Of a stretch of DNA of 32,000 bases, positions 24,932 through 32,000 are shown piece by piece. Made by a program: the position numbers and the translations under genes. This stretch comes from an uncultured Actinomycetes bacterium. Lineage in GTDB: Bacteria > Actinomycetota > Actinomycetes > S36-B12 > CAIYMF01. The stretch spans positions 1,920,001 to 1,952,000 of the forward strand of contig CAWJMG010000003.1 of NCBI GenBank assembly GCA_963843975.1. Direction: 5' to 3'. Under the pieces are notes generated by a model. The model saw only the letters and a list, made by a program, of their open reading frames with translations. It was not told the DNA's origin and did no database searches. Position 1 is the stretch's first letter. Each line of letters opens with the position of its first letter.

Positions 24932-26299
24932 TCAGCCTTCCGTTGAGATGAACACGTTCTTGACCTCGGTGAACGCCTCGAGGGCGTCCGGGCCGAGCTC
25001 CCGGCCGAGGCCGGACTTCTTGAACCCGCCGAACGGCGTCCAGTAGCGGACCGACGAGTGCGAGTTGACTGAGAGGTTGCCGCTCTCGATGCCGCGGCTG
25101 ACGCGCAGCGCACGGCCGAGGTCGTTGGTGAAGATCGAGCCCGACAGGCCGTACGGCGTGTCGTTCGCGAGGCGGATCGCATCGGCCTCGTCGTCGAACG
25201 GCATCACCGCGACGATCGGGCCGAACGTCTCCTCCTGCATGAGCGGGTCGGCATGCGAGGCCGCCAGGACGACGGTCGGCGGGTACCAGAAGCCCGGGCC
25301 GTCCGGCACCGTGCCGCGGATGACGACGTTGGTCGTGTCGTCGACGTACGCCGAGACGCTCGCGTGGTGGCCGCGGCTGATCAGCGGGCCCATCTCGGAC
25401 GTGTCGAGGCTCGGGTCCTCGACGCGGACGCCGAGGACCGCCGGCTCGAGCAGCGCGAGGAACTCGTCGAGCACCGAGCGCTCGACGAGGATGCGCGACC
25501 GGGCGCAGCAGTCCTGGCCGGCGTTGTCGAAGACGCCGTACGGCGCGGACGCCGCAGCCTTGGCGAGGTCGGCGTCGGCGAAGATGACGTTGGCGCTCTT
25601 GCCGCCGAGCTCGAGGGTGACCGGCTTGACCTGGCGGGCGCAGCCCTCGGCCACGCGGGTGCCGACCTCGGTCGAGCCGGTGAAGACGACCTTGGCGACG
25701 TCCGGGCTGGTGACGAAGCGCTCGCCCACGACCGAGCCCTTGCCGGTGAGGATCTGGAAGACGTCCTCGGGGAGGCCGGCCTCGAGCGCCAGCTCGCCGA
25801 GGCGCATGGCCGTGAGCGGCGTGAGCTCGGCCGGCTTGAGGACGACGGTGTTGCCCGCGGCCAGCGCCGGTGCGAAGCCCCAGCCCGCGATCGGCATCGG
25901 GAAGTTCCACGGCACGATGACGCCGACGACGCCGAGCGGCTCGCGGAACGTGACGTCGATGCCGCCCGCGACCGGGATCTGGTGGCCGAGCAGGCGCTCG
26001 GGCGCGCCCGAGTAGTAGGCGAGGACGTCGCGGACGTTGCCTGCCTCCCACCGCGCGTTGCCGATCGTGTGGCCGGAGTTGCGCACCTCGAGCTGGGCGA
26101 GCTCCTCGAGGTGCGCGTCGACGACGGCGGAGAAGCGCCGCAGGAGCCGCGCGCGGTCACCGGGGCTGACGTGGCGCCAGGTCTCGAACGCGCGACGGCT
26201 GCGCGCGATCGCGGCGTCGGTCTCCTCCAGCGACAGCGAGGGGACCGAGGCGACGACCTCCTCGGTGACAGGGCTGATGACGTCGTGCAGGGCGGTCAC
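24932..26299 (-). CDS. NAD-dependent aldehyde dehydrogenase (PuuC / gamma-glutamyl-aminoaldehyde dehydrogenase-like)
   Basis: 455 aa. Motifs: VPWNFP, FTGSTEVG, LELGGKS, the catalytic-Cys region NAGQDCCARSR, and EETFGPI. Confidence 0.9.
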   Translation of the reverse strand: MTALHDVISPVTEEVVASVPSLSLEETDAAIARSRRAFETWRHVSPGDRARLLRRFSAVVDAHLEELAQLEVRNSGHTIGNARWEAGNVRDVLAYYSGAPERLLGHQIPVAGGIDVTFREPLGVVGVIVPWNFPMPIAGWGFAPALAAGNTVVLKPAELTPLTAMRLGELALEAGLPEDVFQILTGKGSVVGERFVTSPDVAKVVFTGSTEVGTRVAEGCARQVKPVTLELGGKSANVIFADADLAKAAASAPYGVFDNAGQDCCARSRILVERSVLDEFLALLEPAVLGVRVEDPSLDTSEMGPLISRGHHASVSAYVDDTTNVVIRGTVPDGPGFWYPPTVVLAASHADPLMQEETFGPIVAVMPFDDEADAIRLANDTPYGLSGSIFTNDLGRALRVSRGIESGNLSVNSHSSVRYWTPFGGFKKSGLGRELGPDALEAFTEVKNVFISTEG

Positions 26300-26317
26300 G
26301 GGCTGGCCTCGCCTCTC

Positions 26318-26378
26318 AAGATCACGATTCCGGGTAAAGATCGTGCAGTTGAACTGCGGTTTCCTTCCCTAAGGGAAG
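26318..26378. promoter_or_regulatory. cluster of short palindromes/repeats in the AT-richer GS-ALDH intergenic region
   Basis: AAGATCACG (26318) and AAGATCGTG (26337) are related repeats. CACGAT-N11-ATCGTG is an inverted repeat. GCAGTT-G-AACTGC lies at 26345-26357 and CTTCCCT-A-AGGGAAG at 26364-26378. Confidence 0.3.
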
Positions 26379-26483
26379 AAAAGTCGAGCTGGGCTTCACG
26401 TCGGGTGCCCAGACTTCGGGTGGGTCCATCGTGCGCTGCGGCTCGGGCGGGTTGCGCGGCGGGTACGCCGACCCACCCCGCGG

Positions 26484-27869
26484 CTAGAGGCGCTCGAAGC
26501 CTCGGAAGCGCTCCCAGTCGGTGATGGCACGGTTGAAGGCGTCGAGCTCGATGCGGCCCATGTTGGCGTAGTGCTCCTGGACGTCCTCGCCGAAGGTCTC
26601 GGCCACCCACTCCGAGCCCGACCACAGGCCGACCGCCTCGCCGAGCGAGGTCGGCGCCTTGGCGCCGCCGGACTCGTACGCGTTGCCGGTGAACTCCGGC
26701 TTCAGCTCGAGACCCTTCTCGATGCCGTCGAGGCCCGCCGCGATCATCGCCGCCACGGCGAGGTACGGGTTGACGTCGCCGCCGGGGATGCGGTTCTCGA
26801 GGCGCAGGCCGGCCTTGCGGCCGACGAGGCGCAGCGCGCAGGTGCGGTTGTCGCGGCCCCACTCGATCGAGGTCGGCGCGAACGAGCCGGCCGAGAAGCG
26901 CTTGTACGAGTTGATGTTGGGCGCGTAGAGCAGCGAGAGCTCTCGGAGGTGGGCCGCCTGGCCCGCGATGAACTGCCGCCCGATGTCGGACATCCCGTGC
27001 TCGGTGTCGGACTCGTCCGACATGACGAGCGAGCCGTCGAGCCCGCGGAACGACAGGTGGATGTGGCAGGAGTTGCCCTCGCGCTCGTTGTACTTCGCCA
27101 TGAAGGTGAGCGCGTAGCCCTCCTGGGCCGCGATCTCCTTGGCCGCCGTCTTGTAGACGACGTGGTTGTCGCACGTGGTGAGCGCGTCCTCGTACAGGAA
27201 CGCGATCTCGTGCTGCCCGAAGTTGCACTCGCCCTTGGCGCTCTCGACCTGCAGCCCGGCCTCGGCCATCGCGAGGCGGATGCGACGCAGCAGCGGCTCG
27301 ACGCGCGATGTGCCGATGATGGAGTAGTCGACGTTGTACTGGTTCGACGGGTGCATGTCGCGGTAGCCGCGCGCCCAGGCGTCCTCGTACGTGTCGTTGA
27401 AGAGGATGAACTCGAGCTCGGTGCCGACGAACGCGGCCATGCCCGCATCGGCGAGACGGGCGAGCTGGCGCTTGAGCACCTGGCGCGGGGACGCCGTCAC
27501 CTCGCGGCCATCGAGCCAGTGGACGTCGGCCTGCACCATCGCGGTCGCAGGGTGCCACGGCACGCGGCGCAGCGTGGCGAGGTCGTGCGCCATCACGAAG
27601 TCGCCGTAGCCCGAGGTCCAGCTCGACATGGCATAGCCCTCGACGGTGTTCATGTCGACGTCGACGGCGAGGAGGTAGTTGCAGCCCTCGGTGCCGTGCG
27701 GCAGCACGTACTCGACGAAGTACGGCGCATGCACGCGCTTGCCCTGAAGGCGGCCCTGCATGTCGGTGATGCCGACGATGACGGTGTCGATCCGGCCGTC
27801 GGCCACCTCGGCCTTGAGCTGGTCGAGCGAGAGCGGGGCGCCGGCGGCGTCCGAGCTGGTGCTGCTCAT
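26484..27869 (-). CDS. glutamine-synthetase-family gamma-glutamyl-amine ligase (PuuA / GlnA3-GlnA4-like)
   Basis: ATG 27869 with a perfect AGGAGG 7 nt upstream (ORF-track start 27896 is less likely). GS motifs: GTELEFILF, ECNFGQHEI, NSCHIHLS, NSYKRF, RDNRTCALR. The context of PuuC/PuuD-like genes argues for an amine gamma-glutamylating enzyme rather than a true GS. Confidence 0.9.
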   Translation of the reverse strand: MSSTSSDAAGAPLSLDQLKAEVADGRIDTVIVGITDMQGRLQGKRVHAPYFVEYVLPHGTEGCNYLLAVDVDMNTVEGYAMSSWTSGYGDFVMAHDLATLRRVPWHPATAMVQADVHWLDGREVTASPRQVLKRQLARLADAGMAAFVGTELEFILFNDTYEDAWARGYRDMHPSNQYNVDYSIIGTSRVEPLLRRIRLAMAEAGLQVESAKGECNFGQHEIAFLYEDALTTCDNHVVYKTAAKEIAAQEGYALTFMAKYNEREGNSCHIHLSFRGLDGSLVMSDESDTEHGMSDIGRQFIAGQAAHLRELSLLYAPNINSYKRFSAGSFAPTSIEWGRDNRTCALRLVGRKAGLRLENRIPGGDVNPYLAVAAMIAAGLDGIEKGLELKPEFTGNAYESGGAKAPTSLGEAVGLWSGSEWVAETFGEDVQEHYANMGRIELDAFNRAITDWERFRGFERL

Positions 27870-27944
27870 GCGTGATCCTCCTGAAGGGATGTGCACACCT
27901 TGCCGCGTCCGGAGGCTGGCGGGAACCCGAAACGCCGTCCCAGA

Positions 27945-27958
27945 TCGGTCTAGACCGA
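27945..27958. promoter_or_regulatory. perfect 14-bp palindrome TCGGTCTAGACCGA: candidate GntR/HutC-family operator in the divergent GS-like / kinase-permease promoter region
   Basis: The sequence is its own reverse complement. The core GGTCTAGACC equals the core of the DasR-responsive element consensus and fits the HutC-subfamily GT-N-TA-N-AC pattern. It lies 76 nt upstream of the GS-like ATG and 127 nt upstream of the kinase-like GTG. Confidence 0.5.
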
Positions 27959-28084
27959 AAACCCTCCCCAGCGGGCCGGTGCGGGGCTACGCTCCGGCGC
28001 GTCCACCCAGGCGGCTCGGCGTCGAGGCCGCACGGGTGGCCGTGCGCGTCCACCGCCGGGGTGGCCGCAGGCCGAGGAGGGTCC

Positions 28085-29018
28085 GTGCAGTCCGACGAGC
28101 TCGGCTCGGCCGAGGGGGCTGCGCTGCTGGCCCGCCTCGATGCCGTGCCCGCACTCGCCGCACGCACGGACGTGAGCGACCTGTCGGGCGGCCTCACCAA
28201 CCGCAACCTCAAGGTGACCACCCCCGACGGCGTGTTCGTCGCACGGCTCTCCTCCCCCGAGAGCGCCCTGCTCGCGATCGACCGGGACGCCGAGCACGCG
28301 AACAGCGTCGCTGCGGCGGCTTCGGGCGCCGCACCCGACGTCATCGCGTTCGCGCCCGAGGTCAGCGTGCTCGTCGTTCGTTTCGTCGACGGTACGACCT
28401 GGTCACCGGCCGATGTCCTCGAGCCGTCGAACGCGCCGCGCGTGGCCGGGGCGCTGCGCACGCTGCACGACGGCCCCCGGTTCGTGAACGACTTCGACAT
28501 GCTGCGCCTGCAGCCGCAGTACCTCGAGCCTCTGCCTCGAGCGCGGCTTCCGCCTGCCCGACCGCTACCTCGACTTCGCCGAGCACGCCGCGGCGATCGG
28601 CGACGCCCTAGCCGTACGCCCGGTCCCGAGCGTGCCGTGCAACAACGACCTCCTCGCGGCCAACGTCATCGACACCGGCGACCGCGTCTGGCTCATCGAC
28701 TACGAGTACTCCGGCAACAACGATCCGTTCTTCGAGGTGGGCAACCTCTGGAGCGAGGCCACGGGGACCCCGGACGACCTCGAGCGCCTCGTGGCGGCGT
28801 ACGTCGGCGAGCCCTCCCGTTCCCTGACCGCACGTGCCCGGCTGTGGGGCCTCATGAGCAAGTACGGCTGGATGCTCTGGGCCTCGATCCAGGACGGCAC
28901 GAGCGAGCTCGACTTCGACTTCTGGGAGTGGGGGATGGAGAAGTACGACCGAGCGGTGGCGGAGTTCGACGGACCGGACTTCGGCCGCCTCCTCGAGGAG
29001 GTGCGTACCCCCGCCTGA
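28085..29018 (+). pseudogene. choline/ethanolamine-kinase-like phosphotransferase (APH fold), frame-disrupted near 28527-28530
   Basis: Frame A from GTG 28085 reads VQSDELGSAEGAALLARLDAVPALAARTDVSDLSGGLTNRNLKV...FDMLRLQPQYLE. The continuation (L)CLERGFRLPDRYLDFAEHAAAIGDALAVRPVPSVPCNNDLLAANVIDTGDRVWLIDYEYSGNNDPFFEVGNLW... lies in the +1 frame, that of ORF 28632-29018. It carries the Brenner/ChoK motifs. Confidence 0.7.
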
Positions 29019-29165
29019 ACGCCGGAACGACCCAGAACGAGCCGTAACACCCGCGTCACGCGTCACCGCGTGTCGCCGCACACCCGAAACGCACGACCGA
29101 CACACTCCGAGCAAGGTCCCGGCGCCGCCGGAGACTGACAACGGGGTTCCCGAAGGAGGGGACGC

Positions 29166-30731
29166 GTGGCCGACAACTCGCACCTCAGCGACGACGAGCG
29201 CCAGCTCGCGGAGCTGGGCTACAAGCAGGAGCTGGACCGCAGCTGGTCCGGGTTCCACAACTTCGCTATCTCGTTCTCGATCATCTCCATCCTCGCCGGA
29301 TGCTTCACGACCTTCGGCGTCGGCTGGAACAACGGTGGTCCTGCCGCGATCGCGTGGGGCTGGCCGATCATCGGCCTGCTCATCCTCGTCATCGGCTTCT
29401 GCATGTCCGAGCTGGTGTCGGCCTTCCCGACCTCGGGCGGCATCTACTGGTGGGCGTCCAAGCTCGGCGGCGCCAAGGCCGGCTTCTACACGGGATGGCT
29501 CAACCTCATCGGCCTCCTGGCGATCGTCGCCTCCGTCGCCTACGGCTGCGCGACGTTCCTCGACCTCGCGTTCATGTCGTTCTCGCCGTCCTGGGCCGAG
29601 AACTACTCGCTCACGCGCGTGTTCATCATGTTCGTGGTGATCCTGCTCATCGCAGGCGCCATCAACATCTTCTCGAGCCACCTGCTCGCGCTCGTGAACA
29701 GCATCTCGGTGTGGTGGCACGTGATCGGCGCGACCGCGGTCGTCCTGATCCTGATCTTCGCGCCGCCGAGCCACCAGAGCGTGGCCGAGGTCTTCACCAC
29801 CACGGTCAACAACACCGGGTTCTTCGACGGGGCGACGAGCGGGGCAGGGTTCGTCTTCATCATCATCCCGCTCAGCTTCATCCTGACCCAGTACACGATC
29901 ACCGGGTACGACGCCTCCGCCCACCTCTCCGAGGAGACGCACGGCGCCGCGAACGCTGCGGCGAAGGGCATCTGGCGGTCGATCTTCTACTCGGTCATCG
30001 GCGGCTGGATCCTCCTGCTCGCGTTCCTCTTCGCGGTGCAGGACGTCGACGCGGTGACTGCCGGCGGTGGCGGCGTGGCCGTCATCTTCGGGCAGGCGCT
30101 CTCCGGCAACATGGCCGGCACGGTCCTGCTCATCTCGGCGCTCGGCCAGCTCTTCTGCACCGTCGCGTGCATGACCAGCGCCACCCGCATGCTCTACGCG
30201 TTCAGCCGTGACGGCGCCGTCCCCGGTGCCCGTCTGTGGGCGAAGCTGAGCCCGACCAAGGTGCCCGTCAACGGCGTGTACCTCACCGTGCTCATCGCGC
30301 TCGCGATCACGTGGCCGGCCCTCATCGAGGTCGACATCAACGGCGCCCCCGTGCCGATCGCGTTCTTCGCGGTCGTCACGATCGGCGTCATCGGCCTCTA
30401 CCTGGCGTTCGCCATCCCGATCTACCTCCGCTGGCGGGCGGGCGACAGCTTCCCCGCCGGCAGCTGGACGCTCGGGAGCAAGTACAAGTGGATGGCACCG
30501 ATCGCCCTCATCGAGATCGCGGTCACCTCGGTGTTCGCACTCATGCCTGGCTCGCCGTTCGCCGTCCCGTGGAACGACGAGTTCGAGCTGAAGTACCTGA
30601 ACTACACCCCGGTCGTGCTGGGCATCTCGCTCATCGCGCTGTGGATCTTCTGGCACGTCTCGGCCAAGAAGTGGTTCACCGGCCCGAAGACGACGATCGA
30701 CCAGCCCGACGCCGCAGCCGCGGCGGAGTAG
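29166..30731 (+). CDS. APC-superfamily amino acid/choline/ethanolamine-type permease
   Basis: GTG 29166 with GAAGGAGGGG just upstream. 521 aa with about 12 predicted TM helices. N-terminal AISFSIISILAGCFTTFGVGWNNGGPA is typical of the amino acid/choline transporter branch. Confidence 0.9.
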   Translation: MADNSHLSDDERQLAELGYKQELDRSWSGFHNFAISFSIISILAGCFTTFGVGWNNGGPAAIAWGWPIIGLLILVIGFCMSELVSAFPTSGGIYWWASKLGGAKAGFYTGWLNLIGLLAIVASVAYGCATFLDLAFMSFSPSWAENYSLTRVFIMFVVILLIAGAINIFSSHLLALVNSISVWWHVIGATAVVLILIFAPPSHQSVAEVFTTTVNNTGFFDGATSGAGFVFIIIPLSFILTQYTITGYDASAHLSEETHGAANAAAKGIWRSIFYSVIGGWILLLAFLFAVQDVDAVTAGGGGVAVIFGQALSGNMAGTVLLISALGQLFCTVACMTSATRMLYAFSRDGAVPGARLWAKLSPTKVPVNGVYLTVLIALAITWPALIEVDINGAPVPIAFFAVVTIGVIGLYLAFAIPIYLRWRAGDSFPAGSWTLGSKYKWMAPIALIEIAVTSVFALMPGSPFAVPWNDEFELKYLNYTPVVLGISLIALWIFWHVSAKKWFTGPKTTIDQPDAAAAAE

Positions 30732-30810
30732 CGCTCGACCGTGCCGGCGGGCGCGACCCCTCGCACCCGCCGGTACGACCACCGCACACGTTCGTGTGCA
30801 TCACGGCCAG

Positions 30811-30856
30811 GAGGGGAGGTCGGCGGCCAGGAGCACGTGGCTGCCGCCCTCCCCTC
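30811..30856 (+). terminator. long imperfect GC hairpin downstream of the permease gene
   Basis: GAGGGGAGG (30811-30819) pairs with CCTCCCCTC (30848-30856). Inner pairing of GGCGGC.. with ..GCCGCC is partial, and there is no U-tract. Confidence 0.4.
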
Positions 30857-30894
30857 TCGTCGTGACCAGCACCGACCGACCGGGGGCCCGCACG

Positions 30895-31683
30895 ATGAGC
30901 ACAGACCTCCCACTCGCGCCGCTCGTGGTCGATCGGGCCGCCAGCGCGCCCGTCCACGTGCAGATCGCCACATGGCTCAGTGGCGCTATCACCCGCGGCG
31001 AGCTGCTCCCGGGCCAGCGGCTGCCCGGCGAGCGCGACCTCGCCGGCATCCTCGGCGTCAGCCGGATGACCCTGCGCCAGTCCCTCGCCGAGCTCGAGTC
31101 GTCCGGCGACCTCGTGCGCGTCTCCGGCCGGGCCGGTGGCGCGTTCGTCGCCGAGCCGCGCGTGGAGGTCGACCTCACCCATCTCACGGGGCTCACCGAC
31201 CAGGTGCGCCGCGCAGGGCGCCGCGCCGGGGCCCGTGTCCTCAGCGCCCGCCGCCTCGTGCCGGATGCGGCCGTCGCGGCGGCTCTCGGCCTCGCGCCCC
31301 GCGCCCAGGCCTACGAGGTCGTGCGCGTGCGCTCCGCGAACGGCGTACCCCTGGCGCTGGAGAGCTCGTGGTTCCCCGCCCGGCTGTTCCCCGGCCTCAC
31401 CGACCACTCGCTCGCGGGCTCGATGTACGGCGTGCTGCGCACCCGCTACGGCCGCCCGCCGGTCTCGGCCGACGAGCACCTCTCCCCCGCCCTCGCCGAC
31501 GACGTGTGCGCCGCGGAGCTGGGCGTGGAGGCGGGCACCCCGCTCATGCTGGTGCAGCGCACGGCGCGCGATGCCGACGGCGTCGCCGTCGAGCACGCGC
31601 GCGACCTCTTCCGACCCGACCGTGTGAGCTTCCTCGTCCGGCGTACACCCGACGCTCCCACCACCCTGCGCGCCGTCACCTGA
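30895..31683 (+). CDS. GntR-family transcriptional regulator, HutC subfamily (wHTH + UTRA effector domain)
   Basis: The ATG at 30895 gives MSTDLPLAPLVVDRAASAPVHVQIATWL.... The wHTH is LPGERDLAGILGVSRMTLRQSLAELESSGDLVRVSGRAGG. The C-terminal part is UTRA-like (YEVVRVRSANGVPLALESSWFP). Confidence 0.85.
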   Translation: MSTDLPLAPLVVDRAASAPVHVQIATWLSGAITRGELLPGQRLPGERDLAGILGVSRMTLRQSLAELESSGDLVRVSGRAGGAFVAEPRVEVDLTHLTGLTDQVRRAGRRAGARVLSARRLVPDAAVAAALGLAPRAQAYEVVRVRSANGVPLALESSWFPARLFPGLTDHSLAGSMYGVLRTRYGRPPVSADEHLSPALADDVCAAELGVEAGTPLMLVQRTARDADGVAVEHARDLFRPDRVSFLVRRTPDAPTTLRAVT

Positions 31684-31704
31684 CCGGCGCCGGACGCGTG
31701 CTGG

Positions 31705-32000
31705 TCAGGCTCGGACGCGCTCGGACCTCGCGTCGTAGAGGGGGTCGGTGCGGACGGTGGCGCCGACCCACTCGCCGAAGATGCCGACCTCGAGCCTCGT
31801 CCCGTCGGCAGTGAGGTCCGCACCGCCGTCACGGCCCACGGGCAGGTAGGCGAACGCGATGGATGCCTCGAGCGAGTAACCGAGGCCGCCGCTGGTCACC
31901 CGGCTCAGCACCTCGCCGTCGGGCAGCCGCACCGGCTCGTTGCCGAGCGCGACGGCCCTCGTGCCGTCGAGCACGAGGCACACGAGCCGGCGGGCGACAC
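31705..32000 (-). CDS. C-terminal part of a GcvT-fold (aminomethyltransferase / folate-binding) protein; the 5' end lies beyond the right edge
   Basis: The frame is open to the window edge (VARRLVCLVLDG...). GNEPVRLPDGEVLSRVTSGGLGYSLEASIAFAYLP...IFGEWVGATV matches the GCV_T C-terminal barrel. This barrel is found in glycine-cleavage T proteins and in sarcosine/dimethylglycine oxidase-type enzymes. Confidence 0.7.
   Translation of the reverse strand, partial: VARRLVCLVLDGTRAVALGNEPVRLPDGEVLSRVTSGGLGYSLEASIAFAYLPVGRDGGADLTADGTRLEVGIFGEWVGATVRTDPLYDARSERVRA

Noticed and set aside
27872-28084. ORF-track start of the kinase-like gene at 27872
   Set aside because: It would place the coding sequence over the whole divergent promoter and the palindromic operator, and the residues are not family-like. 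GTG 28085 with GAGGAGGG upstream fits better.
9755-28530. Programmed ribosomal frameshifting as the explanation for the four frame breaks
   Set aside because: I found no slippery heptamers, no conserved stimulatory structure placed downstream, and the directions are mixed (+1 and -1 equivalents). The affected gene families have no known recoding.
28608-30782. 724-aa minus-strand ORF opposite the permease
   Set aside because: It is Asp/Arg/Glu/Gly-rich antisense reading of a clearly membrane-embedded APC permease.
1-32000. tRNA, rRNA, CRISPR repeats, IS elements, integrases, long direct or inverted terminal repeats
   Set aside because: I scanned by eye for tRNA T-arm-like GGTTCGA motifs, regularly spaced repeats and transposase/integrase-like ORFs. 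None was found. The only repeat is the sigma-cassette duplication.

Overview
This is a very GC-rich, actinobacterial-type chromosomal segment, densely coding on both strands. I saw no tRNA/rRNA, CRISPR array, transposase or integrase. From left to right it contains:
(i) A translationally coupled minus-strand operon of an alkyltransferase-like (ATL) protein, an AdnA-like and an AdnB-like helicase-nuclease (1-6529).
(ii) A large membrane protein with a degenerate kinase-like core and an LPG-synthase-TM/flippase-like C-terminus.
(iii) A sulfur/redox patch: an Fe-S/CDGSH fusion protein, MoeZ and an orphan AhpD-like gene.
(iv) Two tandem paralogous ECF-sigma + membrane-partner cassettes with a conserved promoter-like element at identical spacing.
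(v) A DUF389 membrane protein, and an MBL-fold hydrolase coupled to a lipoprotein.
(vi) A MacB/FtsX-type ABC system with a fused double-FtsX permease and two different ATPases.
(vii) A gamma-glutamylation-type amine (ethanolamine/choline-like) catabolic island. It has a PuuD-like hydrolase, SDR, aldehyde dehydrogenase, glutamine-synthetase-like ligase, choline/ethanolamine-kinase-like gene, APC permease, GntR/HutC regulator and a GcvT-like gene. A perfect DasR/HutC-type palindrome sits in its central divergent promoter.
Four genes (moeZ 3' end, ahpD-like, one sigma partner, kinase-like) carry single-nucleotide-scale frame disruptions that I resolved by reading alternative frames. They are either assembly indels or real gene decay. 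Many long ORFs in the supplied track are antisense or out-of-frame artefacts of high GC and were not called.
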